A DNA stretch of 63,990 bases, the filler included, from Reticulomyxa filosa (lineage: Eukaryota > Protista > Foraminifera), in the NCBI GenBank assembly GCA_000512085.1. It is 23 parts of 23 records of this genome, joined end to end, with 100 filler letters (N's around TTAATTAATTAA, not from the genome) between each part and the next. Parts side by side here need not be neighbours in the genome. Positions count along the whole stretch, not along the records: positions 49,929 to 54,350 come from ASPP01000107.1; positions 54,451 to 57,214 come from ASPP01046207.1; positions 57,315 to 59,171 come from ASPP01009022.1; positions 59,272 to 61,760 come from ASPP01033995.1; positions 61,861 to 62,890 come from ASPP01013294.1; 18 more parts are not named here. One strand, written 5' to 3'. The notes beneath the pieces are model-generated. The model did no database searches, was not told where the DNA came from, and saw only the letters and a program-made list of their open reading frames with translations. A program made the position numbers and the translations under genes. Below are positions 49,829-62,749 of the stretch, in pieces. The first letter of the stretch is position 1. Every line of letters begins with the position of its first letter.

Positions 49829-50029
49829 NNNNNNNNNNNNNNNNNNNNNNNNNNNNNNNNNNNNNNNNNNNNTTAATTAATTAANNNNNNNNNNNNNNNN
49901 NNNNNNNNNNNNNNNNNNNNNNNNNNNNTTTTTTTTTTTTTTGGTGATGAACATATATATGTGTACATGCACATGCTTTGTATCGCAAAGACAGACCAAA
50001 GCAAACTAAATCATTATAAAAAAGCAACT

Positions 50030-50976
50030 TTAACCAGAAGCGCTGTGGATCAAAACAGCAGCAGGTGGTCTTTTAGTCACTTGAGACACGTGCTCAAATT
50101 TGTAGAAACTGGCCGCTTTTTCTGCAGTGAAGGTTTGAATGTGAGGAAGAAAATGTAATCCACCCAATTCAAATAATGCATAATACGCAGTTATGGCAGT
50201 GCATAAAAATCCACCACATTCATCCATAGTCAACTCGGATGGCTTATGAAATAACTGTGTTTTTGATATATATTTAGAGAAGGAAACAGAGGAGTTAACA
50301 AAAAGTTGCAAAATATCAAGATAACTTAAACTGTTTGCATTTTTAATGTGTCAAAAAAAAAACAACCAAACTTGTTTGATGGGCACAACAACGTGAGTGG
50401 AATAAGCCCCAAAGAGAGATACTCCAAATACTTCATCTCCTATTTTAAATCTATTGTTGGCCGTATCCTTTCCTATGATTTCGACGACTTTGCCGGAAAA
50501 TTCAAACCCTGGCGTTATTGGCCAACCCACATATTCCTTTGCTGATTCATACAAACCCCAGCGTATGCAACAATCCGCGTAGTTAATTCCTATCGAGTGT
50601 ATCTCCACCATCACGTACGTGTCTTTATTTTGTAAAAGTGCTTCTTTTGGGACTTTCGAGTAAATTCCTATCCCATTTTTTTTGACATGTACAACAATCA
50701 ATCAAAACAAGCTTTGGACTAAAGCAAAAATAGCATAACATAAAGTAATAGAACTTTACCAGATTTGCAATTTTCAATGTTAGCTCCTAAGGTCACAACA
50801 GAATCAGTTATGCATAATCGGTCAAATCCTCCTGCGCCTGGAATGCTGATTGCTGCTTGCTTCAGTGATTTTGCCTTAGGAGGATCATTAAGTTTGAGCA
50901 GTTTTTTGTAGAACAGCCACAATGGAACCAGTCCAATGAGTGCAGACAAAACAAAAATATATATTATGTCATACAT
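50030..50976 (-). CDS. MDR-family NADPH:quinone oxidoreductase / VAT-1-like protein with N-terminal TM helix (multi-exon, 3'-partial)
   Basis: Motifs IPGAGGFDRL, IGINYADCCIRWGLY, PITPGFEFSGKV, FKIGDEVFG..FGAYS, TAYYALFELG and VLIHSASG. Confidence 0.85.
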
Positions 50977-51407
50977 TTTTCTTTTCCTTTTTTTCCAAAT
51001 ATTTACCCGCCAAAAACCCAAACTTTTCTAATGACGTGGATCACTAAAAATAAGAAAGTAACATAACAGTTGCAATGTGCATTAATCTATATGATATGTA
51101 GTGGAATGTATACTATGCTATGATTACATCTGAGAAAAATTCTTTATTTGCAGTAAAAAAGACAACAATAGGGCAAAACAACAAAAAAAAAACAAATCCC
51201 ATTCATCAAACTGTACCATCAGACAAAATTTAAACATATTTTGTCCACAACACAAAAAGTGCAAAGGTAATTTGTGTTTATTTTCTCATTGTAACCTTTG
51301 ACATTTTTCTTTTTGTTTTTTATTGAGGACTAAAGAATTAGAATTCCTCTCGGTAACAAACTAGCAAAAAAAAGGGAGATAAAACGACCCGTGAAGAAAA
51401 AGTTTTT

Positions 51408-52672
51408 TTACAAAAAGTATTCAGGTGGTGGTTTTTTCTCAGGTGCTCCTCGAGCTTCGTCTGAAGCAGCATTGAAAATTTTGAAAGACGAGTTGAGATG
51501 AGCGTCGAGCTCCATGATGGCGGCGACATTTCCACATCTTTAAAAAAAAAAAAATAGAGAATTTATTATTATTAAAAAAGGGGGAGGAAGAGAGTAAAAC
51601 AAAGATAAATTTTTTAAAAAAAGACCTGTAACAATAATTAGGAGCAGACCACACAGTAACAACAGAATCATCGAACATATGTTTATATCCTTCCATAACC
51701 AATTGATGAGCTCGACAAATTTTAATAATTTTATTAGTTTGACAAAATTGTTGAGCAATGGATTTACCAAATAAATATCCAGCACCTCTAGGACTAATTC
51801 CCCATCCTTCAATTTCTTCAGGATCAGACCACATCAAATCACACATTGCACCATCATGTGGTACCTAATAATAAAATATAAAAGTATGTATTTATTATGA
51901 TGATGATTATTATTATTATATATATGTAATTGTATATACCATATATGTATACATATATATATATTTTATTTTATTTTTAAAAAAAAACTTCTTGTTTTCG
52001 ATCAATTAAACGAATTTGATCCAAAGTATTAATAGAAGGTGATAATCCACCATGAACACAAAATACACGATCATCAATAATTGCAGAAAGTGATAAATAA
52101 TCAAAGATATCAGTACAATATCTCCATACATTAACACTTCCAAATTTACGCATGCATTCTTCATAAAATCCGTATACTTGTGTTGTTTGTCTTGATTCAT
52201 GATTTCCTCGAATTAATGTTATTCGATCTGAATAACGTACTTTTAATGCTAATAACAATAAAAATGTTTCCACACTATTATATCCACGATCTACAAAATC
52301 ACCCATAAATAAGTAATTTTGTTCTGGAATTTCTCCACCTACTTTGAATAGTTCACACAAATCATGAAATTGTCCATGAATATCACCACATATCTATTTT
52401 ATTTTTATTATTATTATTATTATTATTCATTTTAAAAATCAAATCAAATCAAATATTTTCTTTCACTTAACAATCACTGGTGGATTAATTCGTTGGACAT
52501 TTGATTCTTCCATTAGTATTTCCATTGCTCTTTGGCATAATGCCTTCACTTGTCCTTCTGTTATATACTCGCATCTTCGCAATTGCTCTATTTGCTTGTC
52601 CAAATCTTTACTTCCTCCAGTATCTGAAGTTTCTGGTTGAACCTTCTTCTTTGTTTCAATTGCTTGTGCCAT
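51408..52672 (-). CDS. PPP4C: Serine/threonine protein phosphatase 4 catalytic subunit; 4 exons
   Basis: PP4-type N-terminus [20 protein letters not shown], then [48 protein letters not shown] and [14 protein letters not shown]-terminal EYFL-stop. Confidence 0.9.
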
Positions 52673-52963
52673 CACTTTTTTTTTTAGCTCTTTTTTTTTT
52701 AAATTAAAGTTAAAGCTGTACCCCTTTGTTTTCCCTTCAAAGACCTACCTTAGGTTGCAGGGGAACAATACTTTTCATTTTTAATGTACCCCATTTAATG
52801 TATTCACAGATTACCCAAATTCATGTACCTTACGAAGAACTCTTTTTACACTAATAGTAAATAAAAAATCTTTTCCAAAAAAACACGTAATAATGAGCTT
52901 CACAAGAAAAATCAGTAAAAGGAAACTTTTTTTGAGGTGAAATTTTTGCACTTGACAAAAAAA

Positions 52964-53330
52964 ATGAATTTTTTGGAAGTAGTTTCAAGGTATGAGAAAA
53001 CATTGCAAAAAGTGAATGAATTGGAAAAGGAATTATCTGCTTTGCGGACCTCTGATTGGACAAAAGTGATCACAGCAACTTTATCACAGTACCGAAACGA
53101 AGTTGAATTATTGGAAATGCAAAAACGCACTTTGGAAAATAGTCACAAAAAACTAACTGAAGAAGTATCAAAATTGCAATCGGAAGCTGCTGTCTTGGAT
53201 TCACAAATGCAAAAACGTAAGTTTTGTATCACAAAAGACTACAATTATTCACTGTTTTTCTTTTTTTGTTTTGTATAGTTGAATCCTCGCGAAAGCATTG
53301 ACAGGACAATTCAGATGAAACAAAAAAGTT
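52964..53330 (+). CDS. Short coiled-coil protein
   Basis: Heptad-rich ORF (YEKTLQKVNELEKELSALR..LTEEVSKLQSE) with a likely intron at ~53217-53278. Confidence 0.4.
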
Positions 53331-54898
53331 GCAATGTTCAATATCTCTATATTCCACAAAGAAATATTGTGGGAAAGGGAAATCACAAATGATTTTGAAA
53401 TCTAACTTTTCTTTTGTTCACATTCAGTTTACTTTTAATGGGGATAGTTTGTCTTTTTTTATTGAGCCCCTCAAGTAAGAAACGAGAATACGAAATAAGA
53501 CAACAAAAAGCTGCCAATGTGGTATAATATTATACTTTGACAATAATTTTCAAGTATTGTATCGATGGGCCTCGTGATATTGACATAACAGCTCAAATAT
53601 TTTTGATATAGAAAAATCTTATATACTGCAATTATTTACTTTTTAAAGAAAATTGACAAAGAATATTCAGAAGTTTCTCCAGAATTTTCTATTTTTAAAT
53701 TTCTGATGGTGGACAAATGAACTAAAAAAATTGTTATCATTTCTATTTGTAAATGATGTTGATGCTCAAAAAACTGAAACTTATGACTTCTGACAATATT
53801 TATTCCATACTTGGTAATAATTCCTAAATCTTTCATTTCTTTCATATATATACAAACTTTGCAGTTTTTAAATAGGAAATTTTTTTCTAGATTGGTCAAA
53901 AACATCGTTTTTCAAATGATTTTTGAAAATTTTGCAGGAATGCAAAACATATTATTGACAAGATGAAATTTTTAAATATTTTATGATTAGCTTGTTAAAA
54001 TCAAATGCTATTTTCATAATCTGCACAAGTTAATCCTTGTTTCATTTGAAAAGACAATATTTTTATAGAATGTACGATGATATTTTAATTGTTTATAAAC
54101 TCGAACCTAGTATTAATATGAATATATTCCAAATTTGGTTTTTCTTCTAGCCAATACAATTAAACCATTTCGAAAAACTACAAGATTTGTATTTAAATGT
54201 TTATTTTTCGTGGATAAAATCGATTCTATTCATAAGGGTGCCATTTAGGTATGACAGTTTTTTTGCAATATACTAAAATAAATCAAGTACTAAGTATCTT
54301 TTCAAGGTGTGGGACTTGTGAGAAGACTAAGTGTAATACGAAAGGAACTTNNNNNNNNNNNNNNNNNNNNNNNNNNNNNNNNNNNNNNNNNNNNTTAATT
54401 AATTAANNNNNNNNNNNNNNNNNNNNNNNNNNNNNNNNNNNNNNNNNNNNTGTAACTTAGCAAGCAAAGTATAAATTACACACAACATTAAATTAACCTT
54501 CAAATATCTTAAATTTGCATCTTATTGAGAATAATTTTAATCAATCTTTTTTTCAAAAACATGAAAAGCTTGGATATTATTACAACTGATCTTTGACATA
54601 TATCATTGAATAAGAGCCAATCTGAAACTTCGTTCATTGTGCTATCATTAGACAACTTCTTCATATCAAATTAAATTTAGTGGATAGCATCAACACAAAA
54701 TTGAAGTATCCTAATTCAATCAATTTTATTATCGAAATTGTGCAAGGCAATATATTCTATCTAATACTTTACAATTAAGACTTAACAGCAATCCAAATTT
54801 TAGATTGAATGAATTGATAGGAAAATCAAAATAAACTTTTGTCAACGTCTTTTTACTTAAAAAAAAGTGATGAATCAAAAAATTTCATTCACATATGT

Positions 54899-55572
54899 TC
54901 ATCCCCAAACATCAATTGAGCATTTGGTTGAACCAAAACATAAACTAACACAACAATCACCATTTGATTTTTCTTCTTTATTTAATTTCTTTTTCAATTT
55001 AATAAATTTAAGACATAATATTCCATTTCCTTCAATCGCATACAATTCTTTCTTATTTGATCGAATATCCCAAAAACGAATTGTATTATCCAATGATCCA
55101 GAACAAATCACATTTGAATTACCAATACTACCATTTATTACAAATGGTGAATATTCAACAGATCATACAGTATCTATATGTCCATTAAACACTTGAATTT
55201 GTTGACCAAATCGAATATCCCACAAACGAACGCTTTTATCAGATGACCCAGATAATATTGTATTTGATAATTCATTTGATCCATATTTTACACTCCTCAC
55301 AATACTTTTATGTCCTTTGAGTACATTGAATTGTTTTGTTGTTTCAATATCCCATATTCGAATGATATTATCCCATGATCCAGAACAAATTGTATATCCA
55401 TTTCCACCAATCACACCAATATTATTCATTTTATTATTATCATTGTTACTATTGCTTTGTAATGGTGAAATATCAACACACCAAACACCTTCTTTATGTC
55501 CATTGAAAACATGTAATGATTTTGATGTTTCAACATCCCATAAACGAATTTTTCTGTCATCAGATCCAGAAC
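54899..55572 (-). pseudogene. WD40-repeat gene, 5'-truncated with an in-frame stop
   Basis: Repeated GH..V..V......ICSGS.D..IR.WD units. In-frame TGA at 55163-55165 in 'GHIDTV*SVEYSPF'. WD homology ends abruptly at ~55572. Confidence 0.85.
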
Positions 55573-56931
55573 ATCAAAATTATGCAAAGCAAATTATTCT
55601 TCCAGATATCGTATTTTGCAACATGTTTTTACATCGCTTAGGTATAAACAATTTCGATCTGATAAGCAATTGCTGACTCTTGGGGTACTACAATTGTAAG
55701 TAGAGATCATTGCGAAAAGGATTTTTGTAAAATTAGTATGATTAAAATATACAACTTTTTGTTTTAATCTATTTTTTTTTTTTGGTGTAATAAAATGTAA
55801 TTTGATTGTATTAAGTAATAACCTATTGATTGTTTTGTTCAGAACAATACTGACTTTCCATAATTTCGAAAATCAATAAACAAAATATTTTTGCAGACAT
55901 TCTTCTCCAAATAAATACACTTGTTCTGCGTTGCTTGCAGTTTGTTTGCAAATATAGCAGACTAATGGGTTCAATTTCTCTGATTTGTTAGTCATCAAAG
56001 CCCAGTCTTTGTCATAACAATCAGAACTGAAAAATGTTTCCACATTTTAAAAGAAGAAAGGTGGATACCATTCTAGAGTTGTTGATATAAGTATTGCTGT
56101 TGCGACAACGAGATACACATTATTTAAGTTTATTATTATGTATTGAAATGGATTACATTTTTCATTGCAATTATTTCTTGCATTGTTTTTTCTAAGATTT
56201 TTTGTGAATAGCAACAAAGATAAGAAGCAATCGATATCAAATGTTTTTTGTTGAACAACAAAAAAAATAAACAAATGAATGACAATAAAGAAGAACAAAA
56301 AGAAAATATTATGAATAACCATTCAATTATTAACACATCATCCATCTTTACTTTTGGATTGATATGTTCTTTTAAATTAATCAATACATACAAAGGCTGT
56401 GTTGAGTATTGATTATTCAACATTTGATAATTGTCAATTCATTTGTTCTGGATCAAATGATAGAACAATAATATTTCCACATTTTACATATAATTTATGC
56501 CAATTATTCAGGATTTAAAAGCAAACAAAGTGCATTATATGTTTAATTTGTATGATAACCAAATGTTCAAATTAAACTCGAAAGAGAAAATAAAGATATT
56601 ATTCCAAGAATCTGTTTACATTCACTTCTTACAGTTGGACTTAATATCTTTTCAACACATGCAACATATTTTATGTTATGCTGTTTGATGATATTTTGAA
56701 GGAAAAAATTAAAAGGAGATCACGAATAATTAAAAAAGAAAAGTATTATTCGAGCAAGCATTCTTGTTAACTTGGCTCAAATTACGTTTCAATGAGTTTG
56801 ATTTAAAGAAAAAAATTTTAAAGACTTAACAACAATCCAAATCTTAGATTGATGAATTGAAATGGAAATTAAAACAAACTTTTTTCCAACGTCTTTTCAC
56901 TTAAAAAAAGTGGTAAATCAAAATATTTTAT

Positions 56932-57214
56932 TCATCCCCAAACATTAATTGAGCCATTGCTTAGACCATAACATAAGTTAATACAAATATTATTATTTGA
57001 TTTTTGTTCATTGTTATTCACTTTTTTTAATTCTATCAATTTAAGACAAAGCACCATATCATTTACTTTCATCACATGTAATTCGCTTTTATTTGATCGA
57101 ACATCCCAAAAACGAATTGTAGTATCCCTTGATCCAGAGCATATCACATTTGAATTATCACTACTATCATTTATTACAAATGGTGAATATTCAACAGCAT
57201 TCACATAATCTGTA
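56932..57214 (-). CDS. WD40-repeat gene, 3' end (paralog of 54899-55572)
   Basis: VEYSPFVI..VICSGSRDTTIRFWDVRSNK..LCYGLSNGSINVWG-stop, open to the contig end. Confidence 0.85.
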
Positions 57215-57409
57215 NNNNNNNNNNNNNNNNNNNNNNNNNNNNNNNNNNNNNNNNNNNNTTAATTAATTAANNNNNNNNNNNNNNNNNNNNNNNNNNNNNN
57301 NNNNNNNNNNNNNNTTTTTGCGCTCCCCTCCCCCCTCCTCCTTTTTCCCCCTTTTCTCTTCTTCAATTCTTTTGTGTATGTGTAAAATGACAGAACAAAT
57401 AAGAAATAA

Positions 57410-57892
57410 AACATGACAAACTCGTAGTGATGGGAAGGACTGCGATTGGATAATCGGAATGACATTGTCAGAATCAGGACTAGTCTGACCCATGTGTAAG
57501 GCATTGTGCAGTGGAGAGTCTAAAGAACTTCCTCTTGTCGTCCCATGAGACGGAGTTCTTGTCTGTCCTATATGATCTGAATGAAGATCTTCCGCGTTCA
57601 TCATCATGTTTCTCGAAGCATTTGGCACATTATTTATTCCTGTTCCAGGGAATGAAACCACTTGGTTTGGCGATTGCAAATTCATTTGCAAATAATTCAT
57701 TTGAGTCGGAACATTATTGTTCGAAGAATTCATGCCGCTCGATGAGCGATTTGAAGGAAAAAATTTAACGATTCTGCATTTGGAATTACGTACATCGGCG
57801 ACGGAGTTACATAGGGATAAGTACTCATTTGTTCCTTTCGACTTTTCCCCCCCCCCCACCAAATCAAACGAACAACTGAAAAATCTCAACAA
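57410..57892 (-). CDS. Hypothetical S/N-rich protein exon
   Basis: Low-complexity but coding-like ORF, bounded by intron-like sequence. Confidence 0.3.
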
Positions 57893-60463
57893 ATCACAAT
57901 ATAAAGAAGGCTAAGCAGAACCTACAATTGATGTAGTATGTATGTAGCGGATGTTAACAATAAAGTAAAACGACTGACTAGCTTTTCAATACTGAAATAT
58001 ACACAAGTAAATTCTTGCCAATCAAATTAAGGTATAATAGAAACGAGTTGAGTAAAACCGAAAGGTGCGGTTTCTATGAAGATGCCAATTATTTCATATA
58101 AAAAAAATACAAACAGGTGGTCAAAACAAAACTCTGCTGTCAGTTCACCCAATTTGTTTTCTTCTGTCCAAAAAATCACTACTGTAAAACTTGGGTTTCG
58201 TGTCAAGTTTTCCATTTTTGTGAGTCTACTTTACTGCGACGGTTCTCAACATAAATCATGAAAAATTGGGTAGTAAAAAATTATTTTCAATGATCTCGAT
58301 CATAGAAAAAAAGTCTCAAAGCGATATTACGCCACTTCTTGAATGAAATATTTTGTCCCTGGTATACCTTATTCAATAAATATATTTTATAGGATTAATA
58401 ATATTTGTGCAAAGTGAAGTTTTCGTCTAAGTTAGGGATGTATTGCTTAAAGGTTAATTCAGAAAAATACCTGCACGTGCTTCGTTTACTAAAAAATAAA
58501 ACAGTAAAAGGAGAATCGAGGGATATCAACGCAAAGCCAATTGTCATGAACAGACATTTAACTTTTATTTTTATCGCTATCGTTTTTTAATTTTATTTTT
58601 TTGAATGACAACTTCCCACACTCTGCCACAACCAACACTATTACAACTGCAAAAGGGCAGTGTGTTGAAAAATTTCATTTCTCGGCCTCAAAAAAAAAAA
58701 GAGCAACAAAACACACAAACAAAAAAATTAAAAGATCAAACAGATCACAACAAAAAATGAAGCGCAATGGAACTTTCTTTTATCTTTTTTTTGAAGTGAA
58801 GTGTTCTAAGCCAATAGGCGCACCAACAAATCAAACCAACAAAACAGATACAAAAAGAGAGAAGGAAGGAGAAAATGCAAAGTAAGAACCAAAATAACAC
58901 TGCAAAAAAAAAAAAGCATCTCCTCTTGTTACAACAACATCACCAAAAAAAATTGATGGCAAAAAAAAAAAGCACTTGGACAGGTATTGTTGTTATTTTT
59001 CTTTCTTCTCACTTTTTTTTTCAGTTTCAACATCCCCTTTCAGTTCTCTTTTTTCGTACACACAAAATTGACATTGCAAGCATTGAAGAGCGGAGAGGGG
59101 AAACATGGTTTGATTGGTTTCATTATTATTATGTTTTTTTGTTTGTGGTTTGTCTTTGTATTGATTTTTCCNNNNNNNNNNNNNNNNNNNNNNNNNNNNN
59201 NNNNNNNNNNNNNNNTTAATTAATTAANNNNNNNNNNNNNNNNNNNNNNNNNNNNNNNNNNNNNNNNNNNNGACATGTAATATTTTTTATTTTTAATACT
59301 AGCAAGAATCTTTAAATGTCCTAAGAATTTTCAAAAAATGAAAAAAAAATTAACGATTTTTGTATGATTTACTACATTTTTATTAAAAATCAAAGGTACT
59401 TTTAGATTCTCAACGACGTCGAGATATCATTTTTTTAAAAAATTTTGAAAAAATTGTAAATATTTATAATGATGTATTTTAGGGTGGTCTTTTTGCGGTC
59501 GATTGTAACTTTTTATTGTTATAATTTTTTGAAAATGTTTTATATACTTTTGTTCATAGTTGTTTTAATTGCTTTTCATTTGTTATTTGCATTTGTTGGA
59601 GTCTTTGTTGAAAAACTTAAACTCTTTTAACAAAGTGATTTTGTGGTAAGAAAAAAAAGTATGATCTTTTTTTAAATAAAAAGCGTTAAAGAATTTGAAG
59701 GTTTTATACAACAAAGAATAATCGTCGTTCTGAACAAAACAATCATGATTATTTATATTTAATCTTTCTCTTTCTAAAATCAATCGCTTTTGTTGGAAAG
59801 TAATTATTTTTGAACAAGTTTTATTTAAGACTTTAAAAGTAAATTGGAAACACAAAGGAATCTTTTTGAAAAATGAATGTTTTAGACAAAATGTACACAT
59901 CTACGTTTTTTCAAAAAAAATTCTTAAAATGGATTTATGAAACAATAATTTGTTGTTTGAATAAAAATTTTATAAATTTCTTATAGATAGAAAGAAAGAC
60001 TTTGTTGATCTCGCAACATAGAAAAATGAATTGACACTGCGTTTACAAAGGTTATCAAACAAAACAAACAAAAAAGACATTTAGCAAATCAAGACACGGA
60101 AACTATTCTTTGTGGACAAGAGTACAAGTTCGTTGTAAATGCCAAACAACAAACGCAGTGTACAGTGCGGTTCAATAGCGTAAATGAACATCAAAGACAA
60201 ACAGAAAAAGCAAATTACAAAAGAAAAAATGTTGAATTTTTTTTTTTTTTGGTGATGCTATTAGTTATTGCCATTATTATTATAACTATAATTACGATGT
60301 GTTTGTTTCAACGAAGAGCGAATAAATTGAACTTGTTTTTGACGGTGATGCTTTCCTTCAAGAGAATTTTCATCAGCTCACAACTGCAAAAATCGTTTGA
60401 TAATTGTGAATTTTGTTGGCATAAAAGATAATCGAGAGAAGCTGGACAAGAGTACTTTACTGC

Positions 60464-61710
60464 TTAAGATTGTAGTTCTGTGTCTGTCGTCATTGATTTT
60501 GTTTTCTTCTCCCTGTCTCTGCTTTTCTCTCGAGTTCTCTCTCGAGTTCTATCTCTATATCTATCTCGGTCTCGATCTCGATCTCTACTTCTGTCTCTGT
60601 CTCTATCTCTATCTCGATCTTTAGTTCTATTTCTATCCCTATCCCTATCCCTATCTCTGTCTCTATCTCTATCTCTGTCTTTGTCTCTGTCTCTGTCTCT
60701 GTCTCTATCTCTATCTCTGTCTCTGTCTCTGTTTCTATACCTTTCTCGTTCTTTATATCGTTGCTTTTCGCGACTTGTGTCTTTCTCTTCGTCTCTGTTC
60801 CTTCTGTCAAAGCCGACAGAAGAGCGATGATGGTGATCTCTGTGACGAGAAGAAGAGACCGCCGCATTATCATAAGCAGAATGACTTGACTCCATTCCAC
60901 TTTGTGTCTGTTGTTCCAAGTGTCGTGTCTTCAACATTCGCGCTCGCTTTGCATATATGCACACACATACACACAACGCACATGCACTTCTTTTTGTTTG
61001 TTCCATTGTCCATCGTTTCATATGGACATTCACTTACCGCACCACTTTCAGGGTCGTGCATACGAACGAACAGCGATATCTTTTGTTCCTTTTTATTAAA
61101 CCTTACGTCCACCTCTTTTTCTAACAACAGTAAAAAAAAAGGCAAGGACGTAATCGATCAGAATGAAGTATTAAAAAAAAAAAAAAAGAATAGAAAATAT
61201 TTCTTAACGACTAAGAGAACTAATAATGACATCACAAACGTTTTTTTGAAAACATGTCGCCAATGCATACGCTTTGTTTTTTCGAGCATTGTCGACACCT
61301 TTTTTTGCAAATCCTTACGTCCTTTACACTTCCATATCGACTTAGTAGACTTTTTAACTCTTCGGATGTCATCTGTTTGTGTATGTGTGTGTGTGTGATA
61401 AACAAACAAACGACTTGTTCGACAAAACGAAGCGAATCCCAACACAAAAACAAACAAACAAACAAAAAACAACTTCTTCGGGCACACGATCAATGAACAA
61501 CATCAAGTTTTCTTGCTCTTGCGACTCAGTCTTTCGAGAAATGGAGTGGTTGTAGATGTCGACTTTCTTGGCCTTTTTGTTGGAACTGACAAAGAGTGAG
61601 GAGTGAATAGGACATACGTTATTGAGGTCTTGGGTCTGCGATACCGTCAGAGTCCTTTTCATGCCGCCCGATCGCTTTGCATTGTCATAGCGACTCGAAC
61701 ACGTATGCAA
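60464..61710 (-). CDS. RRM protein with long RD/RS dipeptide tail (SR-related), multi-exon, 5'-partial
   Basis: RRM split over three exons: LMLFIDRVPEE, MTSEELKSLLSRYGSVKDVRI and ISLFVRMHDPESGA. Then an (RD)n tract at ~60530-60745. Confidence 0.7.
60530..60745. repeat. Degenerate hexamer repeat (TCTRTC on +) encoding poly-RD
   Basis: Tandem TCTGTC/TCTATC/CCTATC units seen directly. Confidence 0.95.
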
Positions 61711-61860
61711 ATGAAGATGAGGATGAACGCGATGATGAGAATTAGAATGAGAATGAGAATNNNNNNNNNNNNNNNNNNNNNNNNNNNNNNNNNNNNNNNN
61801 NNNNTTAATTAATTAANNNNNNNNNNNNNNNNNNNNNNNNNNNNNNNNNNNNNNNNNNNN

Positions 61861-61899
61861 TTTTTAAAAACCCGGAATTCAAACCCTTTCGGTTCCAAC
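61861..61899 (+). other. 454 paired-end hairpin adaptor remnant
   Basis: TTTTTAAAAACCCGGAATTCAAACCCTTTCGGTTCCAAC at a contig start, identical to 34237-34270 over the shared length. Confidence 0.9.
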
Positions 61900-62140
61900 T
61901 GGAACACTGTAAACAAAAGATCAATATTTATGGCTTGGACTTTTTTTTCACCAGCTAAAAATCTTTCTTAATGTATCCGTTTTTTTTCTTTCACAGCCAA
62001 AAAAAATTACTATATAATAAAAAACGTCAAGGATATTTCTGTTATTATTTGCAATGATGAAATCTAAAAAAATGATATAGATCAGTTTTCATTTTTACAA
62101 TGAATGAGAAGTCAAGAATAAAGAGAGGAAAAAAAAAAAT

Positions 62141-62749
62141 TTATTTGGAACTCTTGATTTCTTTGTCTGTTCCAATAGCAACAAAAGAGTAATGTCTTTC
62201 CCCAAATTCATTTCCATTTTCGTCGAGTACCAAGCTTTGTTTCTTGGTATTTTTCGTGGGAACATAAGACCCAGCAGTAAACGGGGATGCATCATAGACA
62301 ACAGTTGCCTTCAAAGGCACCTCAAAACTACTTCCATGTTCGCGGATCGGAGCGATAAAGTCTTTGGTTTCTCGTTGAAGTGTGCTGTCCATACTTGAAG
62401 AGTATCTCTTTTCCAACGGATATTGCGCAGTAGTGCGGCTGGTGCCATCTTGTAACTGTGTGTATGGAATCGTACTCAAAGCTATACCAGTTTCCATCTT
62501 GTTGTAGTCGGTCATTAAAATCGAGCCCACAAATCTTTGTTGAGATAAATAAAATATTTTTTTTTCTTCCCTCGAATATCTCATGAATTTGTACACATGC
62601 ATTATACATCGGATTTTCATTATCACAAAAAATGTGAACCATATGGACATTAGCACCAACACGACACTGGAGTTTCCATATTCCGTGTATGCATCAATAC
62701 GAGAGGCTTTCACCGTCCCAATAGGGATCGTTTTCCATACAAATGACAT
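62141..62749 (-). CDS. Membrane protein, last exon (5'-partial)
   Basis: 202-aa ORF with TM helix VVLVLMSIWFTFFVIM and a polar tail, preceded by a TA-rich intron. Confidence 0.45.
   Translation of the reverse strand: MSFVWKTIPIGTVKASRIDAYTEYGNSSVVLVLMSIWFTFFVIMKIRCIMHVYKFMRYSREEKKIFYLSQQRFVGSILMTDYNKMETGIALSTIPYTQLQDGTSRTTAQYPLEKRYSSSMDSTLQRETKDFIAPIREHGSSFEVPLKATVVYDASPFTAGSYVPTKNTKKQSLVLDENGNEFGERHYSFVAIGTDKEIKSSK

Noticed and set aside
55163-55165. TGA reassigned to Trp (in-frame TGA here and at 12541)
   Set aside because: TGA is the normal terminator of the cyclophilin and SecA-like/vWA genes, Trp is encoded by TGG in conserved genes, and both loci show other decay.
60480-60900. Poly-SL and poly-ET/EI ORFs
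   Set aside because: Alternative frames of the RD hexamer repeat.
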